Under the pieces are notes generated by a model, which did not search any database, was not told the origin of the DNA, and saw only the letters and a list, made by a program, of their open reading frames with translations. The translations under genes and the position numbers were made by a program. From Eledone cirrhosa (lineage: Eukaryota), in contig OZ024741.1 in NCBI GenBank assembly GCA_964016885.1, forward strand, positions 334,056,001 through 334,120,000: a stretch of 64,000 bases of DNA, given 5' to 3'. This document shows positions 1 through 13,073 of this stretch, one piece after another; position 1 is the first letter of the stretch, and each line of letters starts with the position of its first letter.

Positions 1-538
1 TGCACATATGAATGTGTGCATGTGTAAGATATATTTACATAAATGTATTTGATTGAATATATTCAACAACATATACATACACATATATATATATAGACAC
101 ACACACACCTGTGTGTGTGTGTGTGTGCGTGTGTGAGTGTGTGTGTGTGTTTCTGTGCATCTGTGAATGTCAGGTCATTCTTCATTGTTATGTGTAATAT
201 GTAACCCAGGCCAAGCTGTTGCATGGTTGGGTCATTAGTGACTTAACCAACAAACCTAACAAACCCACCAGTCCTGGCTGGTTAGGAGGAAGAATTTTTG
301 ATACTTTCAGAGATAAAAAACAAAACCATATCAAAGTATGGAGGATCTTATAAGAGTCAACAGTCATCCAATAGGGTGTATATATATATATACATGCGTA
401 TATATGCTTGTGTGTATATATATATATGTATATTTACATATTTATATAAATACATAAGACAATGATACTCTTCTTTAAAATCTGCAGTGTTTGTAGTCTA
501 TGGCCATCTTGCTTTGATGTTGCTTGTTGTGAGCTTAA

Positions 539-770
539 CCCTTTAGCATTTGCATTACTTTCTATATATACTATGGTATTTTTGTGATAAAGGCTTTATC
601 TTGCATAAGTATCTCACATCATATCGAATCTCACATAATATCGAGATTTTGATGTTATTTATTCTGAGAACAATACCTTAACGTCAGTATGAGTGGCCAG
701 TTATGGCCAGTTTGAAAAGAAAGAGGTAAGGGAATTCTGTCTGCATACGGTTAGTTTAAATGTTAAAAGG
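539..770. mobile_element. piggyBac-type MITE
   Basis: TTAA|CCCTTTAGCATT ... AATGTTAAAAGG|TTAA termini; inverted related copy at 11647-11838. Confidence 0.7.
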
Positions 771-1079
771 TTAACAGCTCAAAACTATCAGAGAGTTGCT
801 TTTGTGACACACAAGCATTTATCACTATAAAATCCAATGTGTAACAACCATCTATATCTAAATTTTCATTAACTGTCCACCCCATCCAGTGCAAAGTATC
901 CCGATCACGGATATCTTAGAGCCACATGCAATTCATAGACCTTTTATTGTAGTGATCTGATTATCATGTGCACCGTTGACAATGAAACATCACCACTTCT
1001 ATAGTCGTATCACTTAAAAAATATGGTATAGGTAAAACAAAAAAAGCAGCAACAATTCTTCAGTTGCTGTGTCTTGTAG

Positions 1080-1400
1080 ACATGGTCCAGTAACTACTGA
1101 TGGAGTCATTTGGGTGCCATTCTATGGCATTTTAAAGCCTGGTGGAGTCCATCCTTCTCTAGGCCCGAGTACAGCAGATTTCTTCCAGAGAAGAATAGAA
1201 AGTGAGATAGAGAGAGGAAGTGAGAAACAGATATATAAGAAGAATCAACCCCAGTACTAGACTAATACTTTTTTTTATCGACCCCGAATGGGTGAAAGGT
1301 AAATTTGACCTTGGCAGGATTTGAACTCAGAAAGTAGAGTGTTGGAACAAATACGACCACACACTCCATCCAACGTTTTAATGATAGCCAATTCGCCACC
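1080..1400 (-). mobile_element. tRNA-derived SINE with GC-richer 3' tail (related copies ~10470-10700, 34580-34850, 35450-35770)
   Basis: Minus strand has B box GAGTTCAAATCC and the CCTTTCA..CATTCGGGGTCGATAAA core; the tail AAATCTGCTGTA...GGACCAT is shared with the other copies. Confidence 0.6.
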
Positions 1401-1784
1401 TTGCTGTGTCTTACATTGTGGAGAAACTTGGTTATTATTTCTAGTAGGGTGTTCCCAACTGTTTTTACTACAAAGGAGTGCTAATACTAAAGTGGAGCAT
1501 CAATCTTGAACCCACCCATCTCTGAGGGTCAACAAAGACCTGAAGCACAAACCAAACCATTAATAAAAAGTATTGAATTTGTAAATCAAATACGAAAGAG
1601 TATTTTCTTTACACACCAGCTAAATAACATTAATGAGTAAAATGTTTTCAAAAAGATCTTTTTTTTTAACCATGTATATTCTAAAGCAGAGATCAGCAAT
1701 AGTGGGACTGCTGTCCTCCGGCAAGTCTTTGCAGGCCTTGGATATTTCAAATTTATATATGAAAAATATGATATAATAGAATAT

Positions 1785-2005
1785 AACAATGATTTCTGAT
1801 TTAGGAACAAAGCCTGTAAATTGAGGGAGGGGAAAGTCGATTGAATCGACCCCAGTGTGTGACTGGTACTTTATTTTATTGACCTGCATAAGGATGAATG
1901 GCAAAGCTAACCTTGGCGGGATTTTGAATTCAGAATGTAAAGGGCCATAATTATGTTGCAAAGCATGGTGTCCAACACTCTACTGATACTGCCAACACCA
2001 CCACT
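1785..2005 (-). mobile_element. SINE, same family as 3053-3243, diverged
   Basis: Reverse complement of TTTGCC.TTCATCCTTA..GGTCAATAAAATAAAGTACCAG core and GAATTCAAAATCCCGCC B box. Confidence 0.6.
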
Positions 2006-2228
2006 CTTATAATATAATATGGGCTACGAGCAAAACCAAAAGACATCAGGAGATTCATTACAAAAAGATCAATGGCTCCCAAAATTTTCACTACCAATCA
2101 TCCCTTTTATTTAAATCAATCTCCACCACAAATTTTCCGCTATAATCATTCCTCTCCCAAATCAAAGAACCTTAATGTTTTACATAAATCTGACAGAAAG
2201 TTTTTAATTTCAATATGAATACATTAAA

Positions 2229-2577
2229 ATGGATAATTTTGATGATAGAACCAGATGTTGTTTCACACTAGTTGATACCAAAAGAGTGTATTATGGATAG
2301 TTTTGATGACAGAACCAGAGGTTGTCTCATGCCAGCTGATATCAAAAGGTTTTGTATGATGGATACTTTTGGTCATAGAACTAAGAACCAGAGACTGTCT
2401 CATGCTAGTTAATATCAAAAGGGTTTGTATGATGGATACTTTTGGTCATAGAACTAAGAACCAGAGACTGTCTCATGCTAGTTAATATCAAAAGGGTTTG
2501 TATGATGGATACTTTTGGTCATAGAACTAAGAACCAGAGACTGTCTCATGCTAGTTATTATCAAAAGGGTTTGTATT
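2229..2577. repeat. Tandem repeat, 73-bp unit
   Basis: GATGGATACTTTTGGTCATAGAAC... recurs at 2358, 2431 and 2504, with two diverged units upstream. Confidence 0.85.
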
Positions 2578-2917
2578 ATATGAAGCAATTGAATCATTAC
2601 AGCATCAGATAATTACTTAACACTATTTGTTCCAGCTCTTTAAATCCTGAACCTAAATCCCACTGAGATCAACTCTTCTTTTCATCATTCTGGGGTCAAT
2701 AAAATAAAGTAACAGTCAAGTACTGGGGTTGATTTAATCGACTTTCTCTTTCCCACAAAATTTACTGGCTTTGTGTTTAATTTAGAAACCATTATACCAA
2801 CTAATACAAAATATTGAAAAGAAGATTCGGAATATTTTCTAAACAGCAAAATATATTTAGAAAATATTTAGTTCTGTTTTCATTTGTTTGTTTGAGTTTT
2901 ATTATTATTATTATTAG

Positions 2918-3243
2918 AGTTCAAATCCCGCCGAGGTTGACTTTGCCTTTCATCCTTACGGGGTCGATAAAATAAAGTACCAGTAATGAACTGGGTAATT
3001 GCTGGCCTTGTGCCTAAAGTATAAACAATTATTATTATTAAAAGAAACTAAAGGTGGTGGATTGGCAGTATCGGTAGAGGGTCGGACGCCATGCTTTCCA
3101 GCATAGTTACGTCCTTTTACGTTCTGAGTTCAAATCCCGCCGAGGTTGACTTTGCCTTTCATCCTTACGGGGTCGATAAAATAAAGTACCAGTAATGCAC
3201 TGGGTAATTGCTGGCCTTGTGCCTAAAGTAGAAACAATTATTA
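2918..3243 (+). mobile_element. Two tandem tRNA-derived SINEs (5'-truncated plus full-length)
   Basis: A box TGGCAGTATCGGT, B box GAGTTCAAATCCC, core GACTTTGCCTTTCATCCTTACGGGGTCGATAAAATAAAGTACCAG, (ATT)n tail. Confidence 0.85.
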
Positions 3244-4273
3244 AAAGAAACTATTATTATTAGATAAAGAGATTATTATTATTATTATCATTTTTGTTTC
3301 TTTTTGTGCATTTAACCTTTCACATGGCCTCTAAATATTCCATTTATAAACTTGAAATATATATGTGCGTGTGTGTGTATAATGAAAGAGAAAGAGAGGG
3401 AGGGGAGGGAATGGATAAAACCCTTTATAAACTGCAACTACAGCTGCTTAAAGTCAGAAAGGGGTGGACACTAGGAGTGTCATTTGTCAGAAGTTCAATA
3501 CTTATTAAAGAATGATGATTGTGTGTGTGTTCAGTTAAGTCAGAATCTTCCTTTAATGCTGTTTGTTTCCACATTTATCTCTATGAAAAAGGATCAAAGG
3601 AGATGGAGGGATAATGTGCATGGGTAGAGGATAAACAGACGAATGTGTGGGTGAATGGATATATATATATGTTTAGATTACTATCAGCAGGAATCCAATT
3701 GTTAGCTAATCTATGGACATCCAAAATTATTCAGAATATAGCTACAGTTTCTATCTTCTTTTTTGTCAACATATTATTTGGAATAAATGAGAGAAGGGAG
3801 GGGAGTGAGGGGCGGGACAGAAAGGGAGAAACTGGGAGAGAAAAAGAGAAATTATTAAAGTGAATAAGAAACAGGGAGAATGAATATGTGAGTATGTGTG
3901 TGTGTGGTAGAGAGAAGTCACGTTTTGTTACGATATATATATATTCAGATTTTTTCCTCTTTTCAGAAATGCTAACAGCGTTTAGACTGATATATTATCT
4001 ATGAATGGGCCTTTCAGAATGTGTCTTTTGAATGGCTGTGACAGTTTTTAGCTTCTTTCAATGAAAATAATAAGGTTAACAAGATTTCTAATGCTATAAT
4101 TTCATTGCAGTGATGTGAATGTCAGAACTGCCTTCTTCTCTATTCTCGTGAAAAACATTTTCGATTGGATACAAAACTAATAGAGATAGGGATATAGACA
4201 CAGTGTGTTTATCAAGTTATGGCTTGTGTTGTTATGGTTCATAGAGTTATAGATTCACTGAGAAATAATGTAA

Positions 4274-4331
<58 letters not shown>

Positions 4332-4569
4332 CATATAAAACAGATACATGGTTTATCAACATTAGCTATATCTGATTTATATATATATATATATATTAAG
4401 CAGATACATGGTTTACCAACATTAGCTTCCTTTTCATTCTATTCCATCATCATACTGTTATTATATCATCATCACGTTCACCATCCCCGTCCTCAATCAA
4501 ACTATGCTTGCCTATAATAACATCACCAATCATATATATGATACAACCTTTTCCTGTCTCTCTATCATT

Positions 4570-5010
4570 TAATTCTTTGGAAATCAACCTGCCTAAACCT
4601 GGCTCTGGTTCTATGAAACAACCCATCCATTATTAATTAACCCTTTCACAACAACTCACCTAAAACCCACTCTCGGTCTATGAAACAGCCTACCCATTTT
4701 AAGTTTTTGGATATCGACTTACCTAAAACTGGCTCTGATTCTATGAAACAACCCACTCATTTTTAATCATTTTAAAACCAACCCACCTGAAACCAGCCAT
4801 GATTTTATGATTCCAAACTGCCCATGTTAAAGTGTTCATATTTATATTAAAAGCTTCAACCATAGAAACGTTTGTTAAATGATGTTTAAAATAACAGCTT
4901 AGTAATGTTTGTTATTTTATTAAATTTCTCAAATTTTCTTTTTAGTATTTTCAAAATTATTTGAAATATTTATGCAGGGTATTTCATTAGAAATATGGTA
5001 ATGAAATGGT
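4570..5010. repeat. Dispersed non-autonomous repeat with internal ~57-bp subrepeats (related pieces near 11100, 13610-13870)
   Basis: Repeated CCTAAA.CTGGCTCTG.TTCTATGAAACAACCCA units; shared end GAAAT.TGGTAATGAAATGGTT. Confidence 0.5.
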
Positions 5011-5226
5011 TCTTACTTAAATTAATATATTCCAGCATACTTTTATATAAGAACTAAGTTTAAGTTATTATCTTAGTAATGAAGTAATTATTAATTTTAG
5101 TAAATCCTTCAACATTCTTGATTATTTGAAATAAAGTACATTTCCTTAGAAATACGGTTCCAAGAGGATTAAATACTTCCCAGTTTTATTATCTGCTGAA
5201 GCTTGTCTCAAATTATTACTGGTATA

Positions 5227-6538
5227 TGAGGTGTGTCAGAAAAGTTCCAGGATTGATGTCACAAAAGATTTATTTCAAACCCAAACTTCACACTAAGAGT
5301 TTTCTCCTTCACAGTAATCCCCCTGGAGTATGTAACTGTAATCTTAGCTCTCTGCAGCGATCAAACTTTTTCTTCATAATTTTATATACATGTCCTCTGT
5401 TTCAGGTCGTCAAGCAATGAGCACAGAGCAACGAATAAACTTGAAGTTTCTGGTACAGTTTGGGAAAACTCCACCAGAAGCACTGGGATTGCTGCAGCAA
5501 GTGTATGGAGATGAGACGATGTCATGCTCACGTGTTTTTGAGTGGCGCAAGAGGTTTAAAGAAGGACACGAGGATGTGGAAGATGACCCCAGGAGCAGAA
5601 GGCCCTCAACAACCAGGACTGAAGTCAACGTTGAGCGCGTCAGGCAGATGGTATGTAGCGATCGTCGGCTGACTGTTCGACTGATGGCAAATGAGCTGGG
5701 CATGAATCAGGACAGCGTCTGGAAGATTCTCACTGAAGATTTGGACATGCGGAAAGTCTGCGCGAAGATGGTGCCAAAACTGCTGAACGATGACCAGAAG
5801 GGTCGACGCATGCAAGTGTAACAGGACATCCTCGAGCATCTTGAAACCAAACCAGACTTGCTAGGGACAGTCATCACTGGTGATGAGTCATGGATCTTCG
5901 AGTACAACCTGGAAACCAAACGCCAGAGCCTTCAGTGGAAGAGTCCGTCGTCGCCAAGGCTGAAGAAAGCACAACAGTCGAAGTCCAAAGTCAAGGTCAT
6001 GTTGATCACATTCTTCGATGTGAGGGGGATCGTCCACTGCGAGTTCTTGCCACAGGGCCAGACGATCAACCAACATGTCTACAAAGAGATACTGCAGTGT
6101 TTGCTTCGTTCAGTGCGTGAGAAGAGGTGTGAGTTGTGGCAGGACAACTTGTGGCTACTTCGCCATGACAACACCCCTGCTCACAATGCCCTGAGCATCC
6201 GACAGTTCCTGGCCGAGAAGAACATCATCGTGCTGGAGCAGGCTCCCTACTCCCCTGACCTGGCTCCGTGTGATTTTTTCCTATTCCCCAAGCCCAATGG
6301 GGTCCTCAAGGGGACCCGTTTTGAAGACATGGACGACATCAAATAGGCCGTGATGATGGAACTGCGGAGGATCCCGGAAGAATCCTTCCAGGAGTGCATG
6401 CAAGCGTGGCAGAAAAGGATGGAAAAGTGCATTAGACTCCAGGGGGATTACTTTGAAGGAGAAAACTCTTAGTGTGAAGTTTGGGTTTGAAATAAATCTT
6501 TTGTGACATCAGTCCTGGAACTTTTCTGACACACCTCG
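5227..6538 (+). mobile_element. Full-length mariner (DD34D) transposon, irritans-like, 103-bp TIRs, TA TSD
   Basis: TIRs 5227-5329 and 6436-6538; TA at 5225-5226 and 6539-6540; transposase motifs inside. Confidence 0.95.
5417..6472 (+). pseudogene. Mariner transposase with two in-frame stops (5819-5821, 6344-6346), no frameshift
   Basis: N-terminal HTH; MVPKLL (WVPHEL analogue), TGDESW, HDN, YSPDLAPCD with D-34-D spacing; ends CIRLQGDYFEGENS*. Confidence 0.93.
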
Positions 6539-7918
6539 TAGTATTTTCTTCCTTTACCTTTTTATTTTTACCATCTTCATCGATTGAACTGATTCTCTCC
6601 CTCAGAACCAAGGAGGTCAAGCAGGTTGAACTGGTTACATTGGGCACCATCTTCAAGAGTTTAGTTCATGATATTAATTCCAATAATTTTAATAATGGTA
6701 CTAGTTCAATTTTCCAATACAGTGTCTGATTGAACAGGGAGTCACACGACTGAGAAGCAAACTTTTTTACCACAAAGGTTACACCTACACACATACACAA
6801 GCAAATATATAAAGGAGCCAATCATTAAATCGAACCAAGGAAACTATTTCTTCCCATTGCTGATTCTATCTGCCAGTCGCAACTCCTATAAACATATATA
6901 TTAATGAATCTTCATCTTTAAGAAAATAGCAGAGGATTGCAGTTTTGAAAAGTTGGGAGGGGGAGGGAGGGGGGGGGGGATCATAATCTACAATATTTAA
7001 AACAATTTTTGAAAAGATTAACAAGAAAAATGTTACAAAGCTGGAGCGGGGGGACAGAGGCTGAAAATATATTCTTTTAAATTGAAATTTGGAAAAATAA
7101 TTTCTTCTTTGAAACAGAAAAATCCAAAGAACCTTGGGAAAAAAATAAAATTAGGGTGCAGACATGGCTATGTGGTTAGGGGGTTCACTTTGCAACTACA
7201 TGCTTCTGAGTTCAGTTCCAATGTTGGCTATTTGAAACAAATGGACCATATACCATCATCATCATTGTTGTTTAACATCCATTTTTCTTGCAAGCAAGGA
7301 TCAGATGGGTTGGTTGTCACAGATCAAATCAGTACTTAATCAGAGCTGCTGGCTACTCAACAAAATAAGGCCACATCTTATTCACACACATTCATGCACT
7401 CAATACACTGTACCTAGTGCATTATTTTATCATGGCAACTGCATTGGAAAAGATGTCTTTAACACAACTAACGAGTTCTATCGACCCTTTGTTGGGCAAG
7501 TTTTCTATGTATATAATGAGAAATATGATAAAAAAATAAATTTAGATATTATAATGGGATTTTCTCCACAGGGGTTATACTGGAAAAATATAAATATTTA
7601 CCAAGAACACCACAAATAATTTCTGTGTTTACTATAATTATTTTGTAACATTGTTATTAAGTAGGTGAATACAGGCTTTTATAAATTATTAAAGAAATAA
7701 AAAAAATATCATTTATTCATAGTTAGGTCAACTCTCATATATTCTTTATTCCACAATGTATAACCTCTCCCCCCTCTCACTCTCTCTCTCTCTTTCTCCC
7801 GCTCCTCCTCCTCTCTCTAGAGAAATAAAGAAGAGAGAATAATGTCTAGATAGAAATGTATGTATAACTACAAGTAAAATGTTCATAACTTCACATAGAT
7901 GCACACCCACACACACAC

Positions 7919-7961
<43 letters not shown>

Positions 7962-8109
7962 AAAATAATTTATAATTAATAATATAGATCATCTGAAAAG
8001 CCATTAGAATAAAGGTCAAATGCAACTTGTGTTTGTTTATTCCATTATTATATACTTAACATTAATGACTCATAGCTAAAATGTTTAAAAGTGGTTGCTG
8101 AAGAAAATA

Positions 8110-8350
8110 GCCCAGAAATGGCTATTGGGTTAAGGAGTTTGCATCCTAACCACATAATTGTAGGTTCAATCCAGCTATGTGTCCTCTATGACCCAGGAAT
8201 GGCTGTGTGGTTAAGAAGTTCACTTCATAACCACATAATTGCAGGTTCAGTCCAGGTGTATGGTACCTTGGGAAAATGTCTTCTACTAGGTACTTGATCA
8301 ATGCCATGTTAGTGGAATTTGGTAGATGGAAACTGAAGAAGTCCATTATT
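8110..8350 (+). mobile_element. tRNA-derived SINE with duplicated head
   Basis: Two TGGCT.T.TGGTTAAG...GGTTCA heads, CCTTGGGAAAATGTCTT core, GGAAACTGAAGAAG tail; minus-strand relative at ~59620-59772. Confidence 0.6.
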
Positions 8351-8470
8351 TGCTTAACAAAGGATCATGACTTTTCAGTCATCTCAAATATATCACAACT
8401 TCCACAAGGATGGTGCCATAAGAAAATACTCCCAGTACATCCTGTAAGACTATTGGAACATATCTAATAG

Positions 8471-8637
8471 ACTACATATTGTGACACCTTCTCCAGGTGC
8501 AAACAGGTTTGTTCAACTACTAGCCCAGGCTTTGCTGCTTGTCAGGTCAATGAAGGCAAATTCTCAAAGTATTGGTCGCTCTTAGATAGGTTTGTGGTCG
8601 AGCCTGTGACAGTGGAGACTTTTGGCATTCTTGGCAT
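8471..8637 (+). mobile_element. CRE-like non-LTR retrotransposon remnant (restriction-like endonuclease region)
   Basis: Translates TTYCDTFS...GFAACQVNEGKFSKYWSLLDRFVVEPVTVETFGILG, matching the T..DT / AA...E..K..KY / P...ET.G pattern. Confidence 0.7.
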
Positions 8638-10240
8638 TCTTTTCTGTGTTTGGTTTCATTCCTTTATGTTATGAGTTCACATCTCATCAGAGTTACCTAA
8701 GGCCTAAATCCTACTGCATGATCTAAGAAAAAATATCTCAGTTGAGTATTCTACAGATCACCATCATTTTATATCCAATTTCCAAGCTAGCATGGTTTGG
8801 ACAGATTGTTATGGTCTGAATCAGCTCTTATTCAGAGAGAGTTACTGCTCTCCTAGACGAGTCAGTAAACCATGTCTTACTCATATATTCCATTTTGGAA
8901 TGGATTATATGGTTGGATGACTTTCCTAACCAACATCTTTACGGGCTCTAGAGATGTTGTCATGTCTCTGGCAAGATTAAAGGGTAATCACTTGCTACAC
9001 TCTCTTTGTTTGATCACCAACAACTTTACAGAGTGTACTAGGTGCATGTAGATCAAGAGAATTCATCCATGCCACACCAGCATGAAAAACAGGAATAAAA
9101 AATAATTATTTTTATTTTTGGCACAAAGCCAGCAATTTGAGGGGCAGTGGGTAAGTTGACTAAATCAACTTTAGTGCATTACTGATACTTAATTCTAACC
9201 CCATAAAGATGAACAGCAAAGCTAACCTCGGTGGGATTTGCACTAGACCATAAAAGGTTGATGTCCAACAGATGTAAAAATAATGGTTTCTTTATTTGTT
9301 CATTATTTATTTATTTATTTATTTAATTATTTGTAAAAATCATGAAAATTACAGTGCATTAAAAACTTCATCGTCTAATGTCATTTTTACATGGTAAAGT
9401 GTGATTCGAGGAAGACTAAGCTGTGATTATGTAGTAGCCTCCATCTATCTTTCACTGAATTAATATTGTTATTTGGCCATATTGAATAAAATGTCATGTT
9501 GTTGGTTTAAATTTGATAAAACAGTGTAGCAATTTATTCAGGCATTCACTTACCATTTCCCTTGAAGATTAATAATATAACTAAGAACCAAACATCTCTA
9601 TTATTGGGAAAGAGGGCTTGCATTCTTTCTTCTTCCTTTTTTTTTTCTTATTTCTCCTCCTTCATTTCTGCCAGTGGCAATAACATGTTTGCAGCTAAAG
9701 GCAGAAAGTTAATATCTTCTGAGGGAACAGATTTGAACAAGCCCAATGAATGTCACAAAAAAAAGTAAGACATGTTAGTTTATTAGCTGAAATTTCCTTT
9801 CAATACTATATTGTTTCACTTGCTTGCTTTCCACAATGTTAACATGTAATCTTCTTGAATCAAGCCTTACCCAGTTAGAAAGTAGGAAAGTTTTCAGTCT
9901 CCATTGGAAACAACAACCACACTTTTATCTAGCTTGTATTGCTTTCATCAATTTTTATTGCTTTAATATATGCTAGAATAGATTTGTATGACCTTAACTG
10001 AAAGCGTCCATTAAAACTGAAAGTACAGCATGTAGCTTAGGACAAGTTGAAATAATACTACCATTAAGGTTTATTATAAAATATATTTGTACTGACACCA
10101 TCATTAATATTAGGATGGTATAGATGATATAAAGTCAGTGAACTGGCAGAATCATTCGAACACAGGATAGAATGCTTTGCAGTATTCATTCCAGCTCTGA
10201 GTTCAAATCAAGTGGAGGTCAACTTTCCTCTCACATTGGA

Positions 10241-10425
10241 TTGGCAGTATCGGTAGAGGGTCGGACGCCATGCTTTCCAGCATAGTTACGTCCCTTTACG
10301 ATCTGAGTTCAAATCCCGCCGAGGTTGACTTTGCCTTTCATCCTTACAGGGTCGATAAAATAAAGTACCAGTAATGCACTGGGTGATTGCTGGCCTTGTG
10401 CCTAAAGTAGAAACAATTATTAAAT
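10241..10425 (+). mobile_element. SINE, same family as 3053-3243
   Basis: Near-identical to 3060-3243. Confidence 0.85.
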
Positions 10426-11199
10426 AACGGTTTATTATATAATATAATTGTACTTACAGATAGAGAATTGGCAGAGTCATTAAAACATTGGATAGAATGC
10501 TTTACAGTATTCATTTCGGCTCTCTGCTCTCTCTCACTTCCATTCTCTCCCCTTATCTTTCACTGGAATAAATCTGCTGTATTGAATCCTGAGGAGGAGA
10601 TGGGCTCAGTAAGGCTTAAAGAAATGCTCTAGAAATGCCATATGTCAATACAGCACCCCTATGACTCCCCCAGGAGTTAAGGGACCATGCATGCATATTT
10701 GTAATTACACAATCATTAATATTAAGATGGTATAGAGATGATATAAAGTCAGTGAATTGGTAGAATCATTAGAATGCTGGATAGAATGCTTTAAAGTATT
10801 CATTCTAGCTCTGAGTTCAAATACCATCGTGGTCATCTTTCCTTCTCAACCTTACAAAATCAATCAAAAAAAAAAAAAAAAAAAGAACCAGTCCAATTCT
10901 TGGGTTGATTCAACCTCTTTAACTCTTTCTTACTTCCTTTTTCTCATGATCCCTATCTCTTTCTTTCTGAAAGAAATAAGCTATATATAGTGTGTCATAT
11001 TGGTGTCCCTTTGATTCCACCAGGAGTTACAGGTCTATACAAGCATAAATACTATAGATTTATATGTCCTTCAATTTACACCATTGTTAAGGATATCACT
11101 TTTGATACCAAAACACCTGAAACTGCCTCTGGTTACATAACACAAAACTGTTCTAAAATAAAAACTTTCCATTATAAATTTTTTGTGATAATTTTTGTT

Positions 11200-11410
11200 T
11201 GGACAGATTTTACGAGCAAAACCAACTGGCAGGAGACCTAGGAGTAGCCTCCAAGCAAGATGGTTGGAAAACATCCATGAGCTCAGCTGGTCTTGTTTGG
11301 AGATCCAGCCAGATTAGTTGGGAATGGCTGCTTCTGACTGGAGCTGCTGGAAGGTGTGCTTGAGGACTCCATCCTCACAACTCAACCAGGAATACATTCG
11401 AGAAGAAGAA
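11200..11410 (+). mobile_element. 3' fragment of an Expander/Rex3-like RTE LINE
   Basis: Homologous to 22518-22690; ends in (GAA)n. Confidence 0.55.
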
Positions 11411-11646
11411 TATTTGTTAAATCATGTTCTAAAAGCCAGCTTAATAACGAGAAAGTTAACTGTATTATTAAATCCTTCCAAATTCTTGATTATTTTCAAA
11501 ATCCTTTGAAATTCATGGTGTTTTCATTAGAAATATGGAGTAAGAATACATAGATGACACATTTTTGTTGTATATGTGGTATCTCTAAAACCAAAAAACA
11601 AAAACAAAAAAAAACACCTCCCTATCATAATTCTGGGCAAGATTAA

Positions 11647-11838
11647 CCCTTTAGCATTTAAACCGCCCAAAAATCTTTCACCTCTTTCTGTTCAAACCAG
11701 CCATAAGCGGCTGCTCATACTTATATTAAGGTATTGTTCTCAAAATAAATAATATCAAAATCTCGTAGATTCGATATTATGTGAGATAAAGCATTTACCA
11801 TGAAAATACAATAGTAAATATAGAGTAATGTTAAAGGG
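11647..11838. mobile_element. piggyBac-type MITE
   Basis: TTAA|CCCTTTAGCATT ... AATGTTAAAGGG|TTAA; inverted relative of 539-770. Confidence 0.75.
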
Positions 11839-12842
11839 TTAAACTTGAATGGTTTCCCTATTACCTTCTTCAATCATGAGACCAACACTGTAACCACCAG
11901 CCCATATGTCTTCACAACTCCTTAGGCTTGGAATCAAACCCACAACCTTATGATTGGGAGCCCAACAGCCTAAACATTAGGCTATGCATCTTCACATATT
12001 TATGGTATTAATATTAACTGGTTTTAAATGAAGGCCATTTTCTCTTACTAGTGTTTTCTAAACATTTATTTCTTCATACAAGATTTCTTATTTAATTCAA
12101 TTTAATTAAAGCCCTCTTTCTCAAGCACATCAATAGATAGATTTTCATATGGAAAACATTTTATCTACATTGCCTAACTTAGAAGTTTACTTTAAATCTG
12201 TTTCACAATATTTATAGAGAAAAATTCTTCTTAATAGACTCTGATCTAAGCAACTTGGTTACATACTGCTGTGACCATAAATGTAATTAGCTTTCATTCA
12301 GGAATGGCAACTTAAGAGTGCTTCTATATATTCAAGTAATGTTGCGACTTTTGTAATAACTTGCGGCTTGTTTGAGGCAATAAAGGTGGAAAGAATCCAA
12401 ATTTATTTCACAGCAACACAGAATCCTGCTGATAGAAGAGAATCTTCCTGATAACGGTTCCATCGTAATGAGTTTATTTCAAGTATTGAGAAGAACAAAA
12501 ATAGTTTATGATAAGCTGCCTTATCCTATTAATGACAGTGAGAGAGTGTGTATGTGTAAAGTATGAGAAATGCAGAGAAAAATGTATTATCAATATTGGT
12601 ACAGCGGCCGACTAGAAATTAACCTTTACAACCAATATTTTGAGAATAAGAGAGGGATATCGAAATATTCCTATTCCAAGAACTAGACCTTTTATAGTAG
12701 AGGTGTTTGTTACGTTTTTAGCATGCTCTTATGGAAAACCTCAATAAAGAGAAATCAAGATTTTTGCAATAAACCCACTGAAAAGGTTAAAGTCATTGAT
12801 ATTTTCATACATATGCACACACCCATCTATATGTACACACAC

Positions 12843-12873
<31 letters not shown>

Positions 12874-12938
12874 TACATCCATATATATATAATATACATA
12901 TATATACACAAACATGCCCATCTATATATATGTATATA

Positions 12939-12984
<46 letters not shown>

Positions 12985-13035
12985 ACTTTCCTTCCTTCTC
13001 TCTCATTCTCAGTACATATAGATAGTTGTGTGTGC

Positions 13036-13073
<38 letters not shown>

